A DNA stretch of 64,000 bases from Thermoplasmata archaeon (GCA_020348445.1 CP070751.1:16832-80831), one strand, 5' to 3'; positions 25,377 to 35,150 are shown, counted from the first letter of the stretch. Numbers and translations: made by a program. Notes: a model not told the origin generated them from the sequence alone.

Positions 25377-25490
25377 TCAATCTGGCAGTTTAACGAACTT
25401 TGAAGCAGGTGCGCCGCATTTTGGGCATCTTCTTGGAGGCGCATCCCCCTCATGTATGTAATTGCACACCAAACATTTCCATCTCGTCAT
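25377..25490 (-). CDS. 37-aa mini-rubredoxin-like protein (not in ORF track)
   Basis: Own translation: MTRWKCLVCNYIHEGDAPPRRCPKCGAPASKFVKLPD. SD GAGGAG upstream. Confidence 0.7.
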   Translation of the reverse strand: MTRWKCLVCNYIHEGDAPPRRCPKCGAPASKFVKLPD

Positions 25491-25500
25491 CTTCATCTCC

Positions 25501-25653
25501 TCATTTCACTCTCTTCATTGGTGCACCACAGCAATACGGCACAGATTTTGGCTCCTCATCAAATTCAATGACGCCGCAGGCGCAATCGTCTCCACAATCA
25601 CATTTGTATACAACCGGTTTTTCTGGTACGCTACATCCGCATGTTTCACACAT
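25501..25653 (-). CDS. 50-aa desulforedoxin-like Cys-rich protein (not in ORF track)
   Basis: Own translation: MCETCGCSVPEKPVVYKCDCGDDCACGVIEFDEEPKSVPYCCGAPMKRVK. VYKC...CCG.PMK parallels the Dfx N-terminal domain encoded at 24534-24908. SD GGAGGTG upstream. Confidence 0.7.
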   Translation of the reverse strand: MCETCGCSVPEKPVVYKCDCGDDCACGVIEFDEEPKSVPYCCGAPMKRVK

Positions 25654-25671
25654 ATTTTTCACCTCCAAATT

Positions 25672-26850
25672 TCATACTTTGATCAGTTTTCCCAATTCAC
25701 ATCCAATTTTTTTTACATTTGCCAATTCATCCTCATCAGGAATGAATTTGATCTTCGTGCATTGAACGGGTAACTCCCATTTCAGCTCCTTCATGATTTC
25801 TTCAATATCACCAACAGCTTGTCCGCCCCAACCATAGGAGCCGAATGCAAAGCCAATTCTGTTTCTGGGACGAAGGCCTTTAAGGTAAGTGAGAAAGGCT
25901 CCCATGGATGGGAGCATGCCATTGTTGAGGGTAGGGGAACCTATCAGAATCATCTTTGTTGATATAACATCTGTCATAACATCCGAGATATGATTTGTCT
26001 TGAGACTTCTGATGGTCACATATATACCCGCATCCTCCAATCCTTCTTTAAGCTTGTATGCCATCTTCTTTGTCGATTCCCACATTGAATCGTACACAAT
26101 TAGAGCTTTATTTTCTGTCTTATGATTTGCCCATTTGGTATATTCCTCCAGAATATTGGGGATAAGAGAGCGCCATATGATACCATGACTGGGCCCTATC
26201 ATATCGATCTCCAAACCAGATAGGGCCTCAAGCGCCTTTTTTACTTGGTCCCCATATGGTAGGACTATATTGGCATAGTATTTGGCTGCTTCTTCTTTTA
26301 ATATCTCCAAGCCAATTTCATCATCGAACCTCTCAGAACAGGCAATATGCTGCCCAAAGGCATCGTTTGGCAGAAGCAGCTTGTCTTCAGGAATATATGT
26401 GACCATATTATCGGGCCAGTGAACCATTGGAGTGTGAACAAAATGTAAGGTTCGCTTCCCGATATTCAGCGTATCCCCCGAGTTGACCACCTGAAAGTTC
26501 AGGTCTTTTTTGTAGTGCCGTAAAAGGCCTTTTTCACCCTGTGTAGAGGTTATTACCTTGGCATTGGTTGCATATTCTAGAATTTTTAGAATTGAACCCG
26601 AATGGTCCATTTCCACATGGTTTGACACTATATAGTCTATCTTTGTCGGGTCTATTATTTCCCTGATTCTCGCCAGCATCTCTTCAAACAGATAATGCTT
26701 TACAGTATCCACGAGAACTATCTTTTCATCTAGGATCAGATATGCATTGTATGTCGTTCCTCTTTGGGTTAGATATCCGTGGAAGTTCCTGATATCCCAG
26801 TCTACGCCTCCAACCCAATATATATTTGGTTTGATCTCTTTCTTACCCAA
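25672..26850 (-). CDS. fprA: flavodiiron protein (FprA; metallo-beta-lactamase-like plus flavodoxin domains)
   Basis: IYWVGGVDWDIRNFHGY...SNHVEMDHSG...flavodoxin-like C-terminus. Preferred start is TTG 26850 after GGAGTG. The track's 427-aa version runs out of frame across the rubredoxin gene. Confidence 0.85.
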   Translation of the reverse strand: MGKKEIKPNIYWVGGVDWDIRNFHGYLTQRGTTYNAYLILDEKIVLVDTVKHYLFEEMLARIREIIDPTKIDYIVSNHVEMDHSGSILKILEYATNAKVITSTQGEKGLLRHYKKDLNFQVVNSGDTLNIGKRTLHFVHTPMVHWPDNMVTYIPEDKLLLPNDAFGQHIACSERFDDEIGLEILKEEAAKYYANIVLPYGDQVKKALEALSGLEIDMIGPSHGIIWRSLIPNILEEYTKWANHKTENKALIVYDSMWESTKKMAYKLKEGLEDAGIYVTIRSLKTNHISDVMTDVISTKMILIGSPTLNNGMLPSMGAFLTYLKGLRPRNRIGFAFGSYGWGGQAVGDIEEIMKELKWELPVQCTKIKFIPDEDELANVKKIGCELGKLIKV

Positions 26851-26863
26851 GGTATCACTCCTA

Positions 26864-27022
26864 TTAGATCTTCTTAAAATCTTCTTTTGCTGCTCCGCAT
26901 GTGGGACAAACCCAGTCAGCTGGAAGGGATTCAAAAGCAGTCCCAGGGGCCACATTGTTATCTGGGTCGCCTACTTCAGGGTCATATACATATCCACATA
27001 TCTGGCACTCATACTTATCCAT
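26864..27022 (-). CDS. rub: rubredoxin (not in ORF track)
   Basis: Own translation: [52 protein letters not shown], a canonical rubredoxin. SD GGGGGAGAG upstream. Confidence 0.9.
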   Translation of the reverse strand: MDKYECQICGYVYDPEVGDPDNNVAPGTAFESLPADWVCPTCGAAKEDFKKI

Positions 27023-27035
27023 ATTTCTCTCCCCC

Positions 27036-27461
27036 TTAATTATTCGTCACTGTTTTCCTTTTTCCTCTGCAAACATTACATATGCCTTTAAAGTATCCGT
27101 GGACCTCATCCACCTTGTATTTACCCTTCAACATCTTGTTGAGTTTTGGGCACTCAACATCAATGTCAATTATTTTACCACAGCTTTTGCAGAGGAAATG
27201 ATGGTGAAGGGTATTTTTGAAATCATACCTAAGCTCTGATTCTGAGATGGTAAGCACTTGTACAATATTATATTTTCTCAATATCTCTAATGTATTATAT
27301 ACCGTCGTTTTGGATAATGCTGGGTTCTTCTTTTTAAGATCTGAATAAATCTTTTCCACATCAGGATGTGTCATATGTTCATCGAGATATTTCATAATCT
27401 CCAGCCTCTGAGGGGTTACTTTTATCCCGTTTTCTTTCAAGATATTTACATATTTTTTCAA
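27036..27461 (-). CDS. fur: Fur-family regulator (PerR-like by context)
   Basis: 141 aa. [25 protein letters not shown] and C-terminal CNVC pairs. First gene of the oxidative-stress gene string. Confidence 0.85.
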   Translation of the reverse strand: MKKYVNILKENGIKVTPQRLEIMKYLDEHMTHPDVEKIYSDLKKKNPALSKTTVYNTLEILRKYNIVQVLTISESELRYDFKNTLHHHFLCKSCGKIIDIDVECPKLNKMLKGKYKVDEVHGYFKGICNVCRGKRKTVTNN

Positions 27462-27590
27462 GGGTTTGCACCTCGGACTTGGAATTATTTTCAGTTTGTA
27501 ATCATTTCAATGTAACACCGGATACAAGTTCCATTATTTATAGTTTTCTACTTTTAGTGGGATACAGGTTTCGGTTATCCCCCCCTTACC

Positions 27591-28994
27591 CTAGTGTCCA
27601 TGTCCATGGTCATGCTCATGACCTGGCTGTTTGAGACTTGCGAAGGCGTTTATTACCACCTCGCTTAGAGCAGGATGAATTATCTGCGAGGTGACAAGTG
27701 GCATGTAATCTTGCTCCCCTGCATTCATAAGGTAGACCACCTGTTGTACCAGGTCTGCTGCTTCCGAGCCAACAATGTGACAGCCCAGTATCTTCCGGGA
27801 TTCTCCATCAACAACAACCTTCACGAGGCTGTCCTCTTCCCCCATGGCAAATCCTTTGGCCACATCAGTATATTTGGCCTTACCAACCAAAATGGCATAT
27901 CCTGCGGCCTTTGCCTCGGCTTCCGTCATTCCTACAGACCCTACAGTTGGATAGCCAAATACGGCATGTGGAACTGCATGGTAATCTGTTTTTTGTTTAT
28001 GCTCTGTAAATGCGTTCCTCCACACTATACTTGATTCGTAGTTGGCTGTGTGCCTGAACATATATTTGCCTGTGGCATCGCCCAGGGCCCAGATATTAGG
28101 CTTGCTGGTTTCAAGATACTCGTTTACAATAATCCAGCCGTTTTTATCGGTGGCAACGCCGGTTTTTTCGGGCTTAAGCAGATCTGCATTGGATTTTCTG
28201 CCTATTGCCAGCATGATCTCCTCGGCTTTGAATTTGTACACCTTGTTATCCTGTCTGTTCTTTGCCAAGACAACCTTCTGATGACCTTCTTTTCTCACTT
28301 CCCGCGCCTCGTAACCCGTATAAACATTGGCATATTTTGAAAAACGATTTTTAACTATCTCCGATATTTCGGGCTCCTCCCTTTTAAGCAATCTCGGGTT
28401 TCTGCCAAGTACGGTCACATTGGTTCCAATGGCAGAGAAGAAATGCCCGAACTCGCATGCTATGTACCCCCCGCCCATTATTATGAGGCTCTTTGGCTGT
28501 TTTTTAAGATCGAATACCGAAATGTTGTCGATGTAACCTGCTTCTTTTAATCCTGGAATCGGCAAGACGAGCAACCTGGCCCCTGAAGCTATAACTATCT
28601 TGGGTGCCGTGATCGTATCTGAACCAACCTTCAATGTGTAATCCTTGATAAATTCCCCTGTTTCACGGAACCATGTGATCGCATCTGTTGATGCGATGCC
28701 CCTTTCCATCTCAATTCTGCCCTCATCAACAAAATTACGCATCCGTTTCATTATGAAGGGAAAGTCCACCTTTGTGACTTTGCCAAACACCCCGATTGCC
28801 GAGGCGTCATCCATATTGCGGATGACATCAGCAGGATGAAGAAGGATTTTTGAAGGGATGCATCCGTAATTAAGGCAGGTGCCCCCCATGAGGTAGCGCT
28901 CCACAATCGCCACGTTCAATCCGGCATTGACTGCGTTGGATGCTATGTTCATACCGGCTCCAGAACCAATAACTATGAGATCGAATTTCTTCAT
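27591..28994 (-). CDS. class I pyridine-nucleotide disulfide oxidoreductase (glutathione/mycothione/dihydrolipoamide reductase-like) with His-rich tail
   Basis: GSGAGMN FAD motif, redox disulfide GGTCLNYGCIPSK, dimerisation domain. Ends GHEHDHGHGH. Confidence 0.8.
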   Translation of the reverse strand: MKKFDLIVIGSGAGMNIASNAVNAGLNVAIVERYLMGGTCLNYGCIPSKILLHPADVIRNMDDASAIGVFGKVTKVDFPFIMKRMRNFVDEGRIEMERGIASTDAITWFRETGEFIKDYTLKVGSDTITAPKIVIASGARLLVLPIPGLKEAGYIDNISVFDLKKQPKSLIIMGGGYIACEFGHFFSAIGTNVTVLGRNPRLLKREEPEISEIVKNRFSKYANVYTGYEAREVRKEGHQKVVLAKNRQDNKVYKFKAEEIMLAIGRKSNADLLKPEKTGVATDKNGWIIVNEYLETSKPNIWALGDATGKYMFRHTANYESSIVWRNAFTEHKQKTDYHAVPHAVFGYPTVGSVGMTEAEAKAAGYAILVGKAKYTDVAKGFAMGEEDSLVKVVVDGESRKILGCHIVGSEAADLVQQVVYLMNAGEQDYMPLVTSQIIHPALSEVVINAFASLKQPGHEHDHGHGH

Positions 28995-29045
28995 TTCAAC
29001 CCCCCATAAACTTAATTCCGAAATGTATTGCGCCTATAATAATTT

Positions 29046-29063
29046 CACCTATTTTAATAGGTG
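29046..29063. promoter_or_regulatory. 18-bp near-perfect palindrome CACCTATTTTAATAGGTG in a divergent promoter
   Basis: 8-bp arms verified. Located between the divergent disulfide reductase and glutaredoxin-like genes. Confidence 0.3.
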
Positions 29064-29122
29064 TAGTATCTCTTGGTTACATGCAAAGCTTTTAGTTGTA
29101 AAATAAATATCACCTTGGGATT

Positions 29123-29410
29123 ATGATGACGAAAGTTGAGGGAAAAAACCGTGAACATAAGGTCACGATATATACATTGAGCACATGCGGTTGGTGCAAG
29201 AAAACAAAAAAACTTTTAAAAGACCTGGAAGTGGAGTACGAATACTTTGATATCGACATTTTAACAGGCGGGGAAGAAGGTAGGATTCGGGAAGAGATGA
29301 GAAAGCACAATCCCAGAATGGCTGCACCCACGATAGTTGTGGATGATGGAAAAGAGGTCATCGTGGGATTTGAAGAAGAGAAGATAAGGAGGGCTCTTGG
29401 CCATGGCTGA
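29123..29410 (+). CDS. glutaredoxin-like protein (YruB/NrdH-like, CGWC active site)
   Basis: VTIYTLSTCGWCKKTKKLL. Confidence 0.8.
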   Translation: MMTKVEGKNREHKVTIYTLSTCGWCKKTKKLLKDLEVEYEYFDIDILTGGEEGRIREEMRKHNPRMAAPTIVVDDGKEVIVGFEEEKIRRALGHG

Positions 29411-29948
29411 TAAAAATGCAATCCTAAATCGGACGAAAAAGAACGCAGAGGACAATGGCTATTATGTATGTCCAGATGAGGATCTTTTAAAGGACCTCAT
29501 CGATGGTTTGGCCACAAACGAGGACAGATACGGATATGGTGCCTGCCCATGCAGGATATCAAGCGGGCTAAAACAGTACGATTCAGATATCATATGCCCT
29601 TGCGAATACAGGGATGCCGATGTTGCCGAGTTCGGTATGTGCTACTGCGGGCTCTTCGTGTCAGAAACGATAAAAAATGATCCCTCTAAAATGAAACCCG
29701 TTCCTGAAAGGCGTCCTGTGGAGGCCCAGGATGCAGGTATGGAGGCCAAGGCAAAAGCTGAATCTGGGGAAGAGATGCCCTCCCCTTCCGAATCCCATGA
29801 ACATGTTCAAGTTGGAACAGACTCAAAAGGAATCCCTATCTGGCGGTGCGTAGTATGCGGCTATCTATGTGCAAGGGAACTGCCCCCACCCATATGCCCA
29901 ATCTGTAAAGCCAAAGCCGATAAGTTCGAGAGATTCAGTTTTGGGTAG
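29403..29948 (+). CDS. ferredoxin:thioredoxin reductase catalytic-subunit-like protein fused to a C-terminal rubredoxin domain
   Basis: FTRc Cys pattern (CPCR...CPCEY...CYCGLF). C-terminus WRCVVCGY...CPICK. ATG 29403 overlaps the glutaredoxin stop. Confidence 0.75.
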   Translation: MADKNAILNRTKKNAEDNGYYVCPDEDLLKDLIDGLATNEDRYGYGACPCRISSGLKQYDSDIICPCEYRDADVAEFGMCYCGLFVSETIKNDPSKMKPVPERRPVEAQDAGMEAKAKAESGEEMPSPSESHEHVQVGTDSKGIPIWRCVVCGYLCARELPPPICPICKAKADKFERFSFG

Positions 29949-30037
29949 ATTTTACCTGAAGGGCACTGAGCTTTCTATCCTTTTTCTCTTGTGGGATGAA
30001 AAAACATTAATACACCAAATAACACATTCCCCAAATC

Positions 30038-30934
30038 ATGCCCGAACCCGACAAAGAGACTGTGGTTGACGCTGTCCAAAACGTTGCCGGAATTACGGTG
30101 GTCATTCTCGTGATTCTGGGCATAATCCAGATCGTTCTGAGTGCAACCATCTCAAAAAGTGTCGCACTCACTGCCAATGGAATCGATTGCATAGGAGACG
30201 GCTTCGTCTCGGGTATAGTATGGGTTGGATTGAGATTTTTCAGAAAACCTGCAGATCATAGGTTCCATTTCGGTTACTATAAACTCGAAAACCTTGCTGC
30301 AATAGGAGCGGCAGTTGTCATGATAGTTTTGGCCTCGTACATAACATACAGATCATATTTACAGCTTATCGACCCTCATGAAATCCAGCTGCCTCTAATT
30401 GGTGCCTTTGTTGCACTTATCGCAGCCCTTATCGCCTGGGGTCTTGGAGTCAAGAAGTACAAGGAATGGAAGCAGTCCAATTTAAGTTCCGTGAAATTGG
30501 ATGCCTACAATACCATTAAAGACGGCACGGCATCCTTTTTGGCGGTAATCGCCCTTTTAGTTTCTGGATATGGATACCCTGTGGCCGATGCAGTTGTGGG
30601 TTTTGTGATAGCCGGGATAATTCTGAGTATCGGATTTGCCACTATAAAAGAGGCCAGTTACGTTTTGGTAGATGCATGTGACACTGAATGCATCGAGCAG
30701 GGTCAGGTCATGATGAAATTTATAAATGGAATCGAGGGTGTACATTCTGCCAAGGTGGTTAGGCTCAGACGCACAGGTCCTGTACTTCAGGGGGAGATCG
30801 AGATTCATGTCCCAGGGGATATGTCAATCTCAGAGGTGAACAAGATTCGAAACAAGATCACCTCGCAACTAAAGGAAACCATCCCCGATATAGAGAGGTT
30901 GACTGTTGTTGCCCTGCCTGAGAAGGAGGATTAA
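30038..30934 (+). CDS. cation diffusion facilitator (CDF) metal efflux transporter
   Basis: 298 aa with six TM helices and a C-terminal cytoplasmic domain. Typical CDF layout (SATISKSVALTANGIDCIGD). Confidence 0.8.
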   Translation: MPEPDKETVVDAVQNVAGITVVILVILGIIQIVLSATISKSVALTANGIDCIGDGFVSGIVWVGLRFFRKPADHRFHFGYYKLENLAAIGAAVVMIVLASYITYRSYLQLIDPHEIQLPLIGAFVALIAALIAWGLGVKKYKEWKQSNLSSVKLDAYNTIKDGTASFLAVIALLVSGYGYPVADAVVGFVIAGIILSIGFATIKEASYVLVDACDTECIEQGQVMMKFINGIEGVHSAKVVRLRRTGPVLQGEIEIHVPGDMSISEVNKIRNKITSQLKETIPDIERLTVVALPEKED

Positions 30935-30965
30935 AGTATTCAAGTAAAAAATGGAGGTGCAATGT

Positions 30966-31283
30966 ATGACTTTAGAGCCAGAGGTTATGAAGGTTTCAGG
31001 CATGGTGGAGTACCAGGACGGCTCCGTAGTGAGCAGGACCCTAATCGATAAAGGCACAGGAACTGTTACATTGTTTGCCTTTGCCAAAGACCAGGGGCTA
31101 AGCGAGCACACTGCTCCGTTTGATGCCATGGTTCATATTATCGACGGTGAAGCCGAGATTATAATATCTGGAAAGAAGTATAATGTAAAAAACGGTGAAA
31201 TGATAATCATGCCGGCAAACGAGCCCCATGCCCTGAACGCAACTGGAAAGTTCAAGATGATCCTTACGATGATAAGATCTTGA
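30966..31283 (+). CDS. cupin-domain protein
   Basis: GLSEHTAPFDAMVHIIDGEAEI...MPANEPHAL. ATG 30966 after GGAGGTG. Confidence 0.7.
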   Translation: MTLEPEVMKVSGMVEYQDGSVVSRTLIDKGTGTVTLFAFAKDQGLSEHTAPFDAMVHIIDGEAEIIISGKKYNVKNGEMIIMPANEPHALNATGKFKMILTMIRS

Positions 31284-31465
31284 ATTTTTACTTTTAGGAT
31301 ATATTATTGCAGGGGTAATTAAGATCCCAGTTGGGCAAAGGGATATTTTCGAGGAAAGCGAAGCTTTCCGAGTGGTGAATATAATTCGAAACATTTACAT
31401 AGCCACTCATTATTTGGGTGTATGTATTGGAAATCTCTATAAAATAAAATGTAACGAGGGGGAAC

Positions 31466-31864
31466 ATGACTGAAAAAAAGATCAGAGTTTTGATTGCAAA
31501 GCCCGGTTTAGATGGGCATGACAGAGGTGCCAAGGTCGTGGCAAGGGCCCTTCGGGACGCAGGCATGGAAGTGATTTACGTTGGCCTTAAGCAGACACCA
31601 GAGCAGATCGTGGAAACAGCGATTCAGGAGGATGTGGATGTAATTGGGCTCAGCTGCCTATCAGGGGCACATACCTATCTGTTTCCAAAGGTCATGGAAT
31701 TACTTAAGAAGAATAACGTCGAGGATATCCTGGTGACATGTGGCGGGATAATACCAGATGATGATGTGAAAACGCTAAACGAGGCGGGCATCAAGGGCAT
31801 TTTTGGCCCTGGCTGCTCAACCGAGGATATTGTGGAGTTTATAAAACAGAATGTAAAAAGATGA
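31466..31864 (+). CDS. methylmalonyl-CoA mutase, B12-binding small subunit
   Basis: [27 protein letters not shown] contains the DxHxxG cobalamin motif. Confidence 0.9.
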   Translation: MTEKKIRVLIAKPGLDGHDRGAKVVARALRDAGMEVIYVGLKQTPEQIVETAIQEDVDVIGLSCLSGAHTYLFPKVMELLKKNNVEDILVTCGGIIPDDDVKTLNEAGIKGIFGPGCSTEDIVEFIKQNVKR

Positions 31865-31886
31865 TTTTATTTCCCAGGGTGCCAAA

Positions 31887-32834
31887 ATGAAGCTTGAAGA
31901 GGGTGTTTTGAAGAAGGACAGAAGAGCGCTGGCGAGACTCATCACGCTTGTGGAGAATGATTCTGATGAGGCGCAAGAAGCGCTTCGCGTTCTTCATTCA
32001 CATACCGGTAAAGCCCACATAATAGGTATAACAGGGCCTCCCGGCGGAGGTAAGAGCACCTTGGTGGACAAACTCGCAAAGGAGCTGAGAAAGCGAAATA
32101 AGACAGTTGGAATAGTTGCAGTTGATCCCACGAGCCCCTTTACTGGAGGAGCACTTTTGGGTGACAGAATAAGAATGTCTGAATTGAGCACAGATTCTGA
32201 TGTCTTCATAAGAAGCATGGGCACGAGAGGCGCCCTTGGGGGAGTCGCCCGGGCCACCTCCGATGTTGTTAAACTACTTGACGCGTTCGGTAAGGATACT
32301 ATATTCATAGAGACAGTGGGAACAGGACAGGCCGAGGTTGATATAGTAAAAATCGCACACACCACGATTATTGTCACGATGCCAGGTCTAGGCGATGATA
32401 TCCAGACGATCAAAGCGGGCATCATGGAAATCGGGGACATATTTGTTGTGAACAAGGCTGATCGTCAAGATGCCGACAAGAAGGTCATGGAAATTCAGGC
32501 CATGCTGGAATTGGGACAGAAAAAGAATTCCTGGGAACCCCCCGTGTTAAAAACCACTGCAAGAGATGGGGTGGGAATCCCAGAGCTTCTTGATTTGGCA
32601 GAGAATCATTATAGGTGGCTTTTGGAGTCTGGAAATCTGAAAAAAATGAGTATCGAGAAAAGCAGGGCCGAGCTGTTTTCCATAATCGAGCAAAACGTTG
32701 AAAAGGTGGTAGTGGATAGGGTGGATGAGGGTGAAATTGATAAATTATGCCAGCAAATTGCCAATAAAGAAATCGATCCATACAAGGCAGCGGACGAGGT
32801 ACTTGCAAAAACTGGAATTAAATTGAAAAAATGA
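31887..32834 (+). CDS. meaB: MeaB/ArgK G3E-family GTPase (mutase chaperone)
   Basis: GITGPPGGGKST P-loop, VETVGTGQ, NKAD. Confidence 0.9.
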   Translation: MKLEEGVLKKDRRALARLITLVENDSDEAQEALRVLHSHTGKAHIIGITGPPGGGKSTLVDKLAKELRKRNKTVGIVAVDPTSPFTGGALLGDRIRMSELSTDSDVFIRSMGTRGALGGVARATSDVVKLLDAFGKDTIFIETVGTGQAEVDIVKIAHTTIIVTMPGLGDDIQTIKAGIMEIGDIFVVNKADRQDADKKVMEIQAMLELGQKKNSWEPPVLKTTARDGVGIPELLDLAENHYRWLLESGNLKKMSIEKSRAELFSIIEQNVEKVVVDRVDEGEIDKLCQQIANKEIDPYKAADEVLAKTGIKLKK

Positions 32835-32854
32835 CACAGGTATGAGGGAATAGA

Positions 32855-34534
32855 ATGGGTGAAGACAAAGATTTGAAGAAACCTTCAAGAAGTCGCAGGG
32901 ATTGGGAAGATGACACCCTCAAAAAACATCTAGATAAACACCCTGAATGGAAAGAGGACTTCATCACCACTTCAAGTGTTCCAATTAATCGACTTTACTC
33001 ACCTGATGACATCAAGGATTTCGAGTACCTAAAAGACCTGAACTTTCCCAGCCAGTACCCCTATACAAGGGGAGTTCAACCCACGATGTACCGCGGAAAG
33101 CTTTGGACCATGAGGATGTTTTCTGGTTTCGGAACTGCCGAAGAATCCAATGAACGATACAAGTACCTTCTCGAGCACGGTGAAACAGGCCTTTCTGTTG
33201 CCTTCGACTTTCCAACACTATACGGTTTTGATACTGATCATCCCATGGCAAAAGGTGAGTTCGGAAAATGCGGCGTTGCCATATCATCACTAAAGGATAT
33301 GGAAATACTTTTTTCAGGCATCCCCATCGATAAGATCACAACGTCCATGACCATCAATGGTCCGGCAGCCATTTTATGGGCCATGTACATCGTCAATGCA
33401 GAAAAACAAGGCTTCTCAAAGGACCAGATAGGAGGAACCATTCAAAACGATATTCTGAAGGAGTACATAGCCCAAAAATCCTATATATTTCCCCCCGAAC
33501 CCAGCATGAGACTGATCGTTGATACCTTCGAGTATGGATACAAACACGTTCCTAAATGGAACACCATAAGCATCTCAGGTTATCATATTCGCGAGGCTGG
33601 CTCCACAGCGGTGCAGGAATTGGCATTCACTCTTGCCGATGGCCTTGCCTATGTTGAGGAGGCAATAAACCGCGGTCTTGATGTGGACGACTTTGCTCCG
33701 AGACTCTCCTTTTTCTTCAATGCCCACAACGATCTTTTCGAGGAGGTAGCCAAGTACAGGGCAGCAAGGAGAATCTGGGCCAGGGAGATGAAGGAAAGAT
33801 TCAAGGCTAAAAATCCCAGATCATGGTGGTTGCGCTTCCATACCCAAACTGCGGGCTGTGCACTTACTGCCCAGCAGCCCGAGAACAACATCGTTCGGGT
33901 TACAATCCAAGCCCTTGCCGCTATTCTGGGCGGGACTCAATCCCTTCACACGAACTCCATGGACGAGGCCCTGGCCCTACCCTCAGCGAAGGCTGTTAGA
34001 ATTGCCCTCAGAACCCAGCAGATCTTGGCCCATGAAAGCGGTGTTGCCAACACAATAGACCCTGTGGGAGGCAGTTATTTTATTGAAACCCTGACAAATC
34101 AGATGGAGGAGGAAACCTACAAGTACTTTGACAAAATCGATGCCCTGGGTGGAGTAATTCCCGCCATAGAAAAGGGATTCTTTCAAAAGGAGATAGCAAA
34201 TGCCTCTTATCTGTATCAAAAGGAGATAGAGAAGAAAAAAAGAACGGTAGTGGGAGTAAACGATTATGTCCTTGATGAGCCTCTTAGAATCGAGCTGCTC
34301 AAGATGGACCCTGAAGGCGAGATGCGGCAGATCAACAGGCTCAAAGAATTAAGAGCAAAAAGGGACAACAAAAAGGCCACAGAATCACTTGATACCCTGA
34401 AAAACAAGGCCGAGGGCAATGAAAATCTCATGCCATACATCATAGATTGCGTCAGTGCCTATTGCACCCTAGGTGAGATCACAGATGTTTTTAGAAATGT
34501 GTTCGGTGAATACAAAGAGGAGCCTATTTATTAG
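32855..34534 (+). CDS. methylmalonyl-CoA mutase, large catalytic subunit
   Basis: 559 aa. [32 protein letters not shown]... is a canonical MCM substrate domain. Confidence 0.9.
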   Translation: MGEDKDLKKPSRSRRDWEDDTLKKHLDKHPEWKEDFITTSSVPINRLYSPDDIKDFEYLKDLNFPSQYPYTRGVQPTMYRGKLWTMRMFSGFGTAEESNERYKYLLEHGETGLSVAFDFPTLYGFDTDHPMAKGEFGKCGVAISSLKDMEILFSGIPIDKITTSMTINGPAAILWAMYIVNAEKQGFSKDQIGGTIQNDILKEYIAQKSYIFPPEPSMRLIVDTFEYGYKHVPKWNTISISGYHIREAGSTAVQELAFTLADGLAYVEEAINRGLDVDDFAPRLSFFFNAHNDLFEEVAKYRAARRIWAREMKERFKAKNPRSWWLRFHTQTAGCALTAQQPENNIVRVTIQALAAILGGTQSLHTNSMDEALALPSAKAVRIALRTQQILAHESGVANTIDPVGGSYFIETLTNQMEEETYKYFDKIDALGGVIPAIEKGFFQKEIANASYLYQKEIEKKKRTVVGVNDYVLDEPLRIELLKMDPEGEMRQINRLKELRAKRDNKKATESLDTLKNKAEGNENLMPYIIDCVSAYCTLGEITDVFRNVFGEYKEEPIY

Positions 34535-34583
34535 TATTAAAAAATCCCCTTTTAATCCAAATCTGTTGCCCTAAAATCGAACA

Positions 34584-35150
34584 TTAGCTCCAATTTCTCT
34601 TGGGCTCCCGCCACGAAGTCTCGAACTTGCAGAACTTGTCTCCTTTGCCTCTGCACTTCACCTCTTCTACAAAGGCATCATTTCTTCCGCACACAGCTGA
34701 GATGATCCCCTCCAAGAATCCTTCCATGCGTTTGCAGTAGAGTGGATTGGCTGGATAGTCACAGATATATATGGTTGCTGAGGATTCGCTTTCCTTTTTA
34801 ATCTCTATTTTTCCGAAATCGTTGAATCGACTCCAGTTGCTCTGCATCATGTTAAAAATGGTGATTGGATCTGTTTTCTTCTTGTGATATTCAAAAAATT
34901 CCAGGGTCTTTGCCCTGTCGAAGCCGATTCGAAATATTATGTTTGGATCATTATGTTCAAAATTGCTATTGATGACCTCCAAAAGGTCGATATACATCTC
35001 AAAAGGATACATTTTTTCAGGGTAAATATCTTCAATAGTTTTACCTGTTTCGCTAACAATCCAATTCAATCCCTCTATTCCCTTCTTTCTTCTTATAAAC
35101 TCCAAAGCATGGGTAAGATTATCTCCAGAAATGCGCAACTGCTCGTTCAT
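34584..35150 (-). CDS. V4R/DUF2378-like small-molecule-binding domain protein
   Basis: 188 aa. C-terminal CRGKGDKFCKF is typical of V4R-type domains. Weak call. Confidence 0.45.
   Translation of the reverse strand: MNEQLRISGDNLTHALEFIRRKKGIEGLNWIVSETGKTIEDIYPEKMYPFEMYIDLLEVINSNFEHNDPNIIFRIGFDRAKTLEFFEYHKKKTDPITIFNMMQSNWSRFNDFGKIEIKKESESSATIYICDYPANPLYCKRMEGFLEGIISAVCGRNDAFVEEVKCRGKGDKFCKFETSWREPKRNWS

Noticed and set aside
24728-25773. Several plus-strand ORFs (89-163 aa) across the dfx / tusA / mini-gene region
   Set aside because: They are antisense to genes with clear family signatures and SD sites. Their translations are low-complexity Ser/Leu/Phe-rich with no motifs.
26851-26955. N-terminal 35-codon extension of the FprA ORF (track start 26955)
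   Set aside because: It runs out of frame through a canonical rubredoxin gene that has its own strong SD. The flavodiiron homology begins right after TTG 26850.
29110-29455. Minus-strand ORFs antisense to the glutaredoxin-like gene
   Set aside because: The glutaredoxin CGWC reading on the plus strand is clearly the real one.
31284-31465. Possible cobalamin riboswitch upstream of the B12-dependent mutase operon (GCCACTC, GGTGAA and the hairpin GGAAAGC-gaa-GCTTTCC at 31353-31369)
   Set aside because: Only fragmentary resemblance to the B12 box. The downstream genes are B12 users, not B12 synthesis or transport genes. Cobalamin riboswitches are essentially a bacterial feature. The hairpin is more simply a structure following the cupin gene. 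A covariance-model scan (Rfam RF00174) would settle it.
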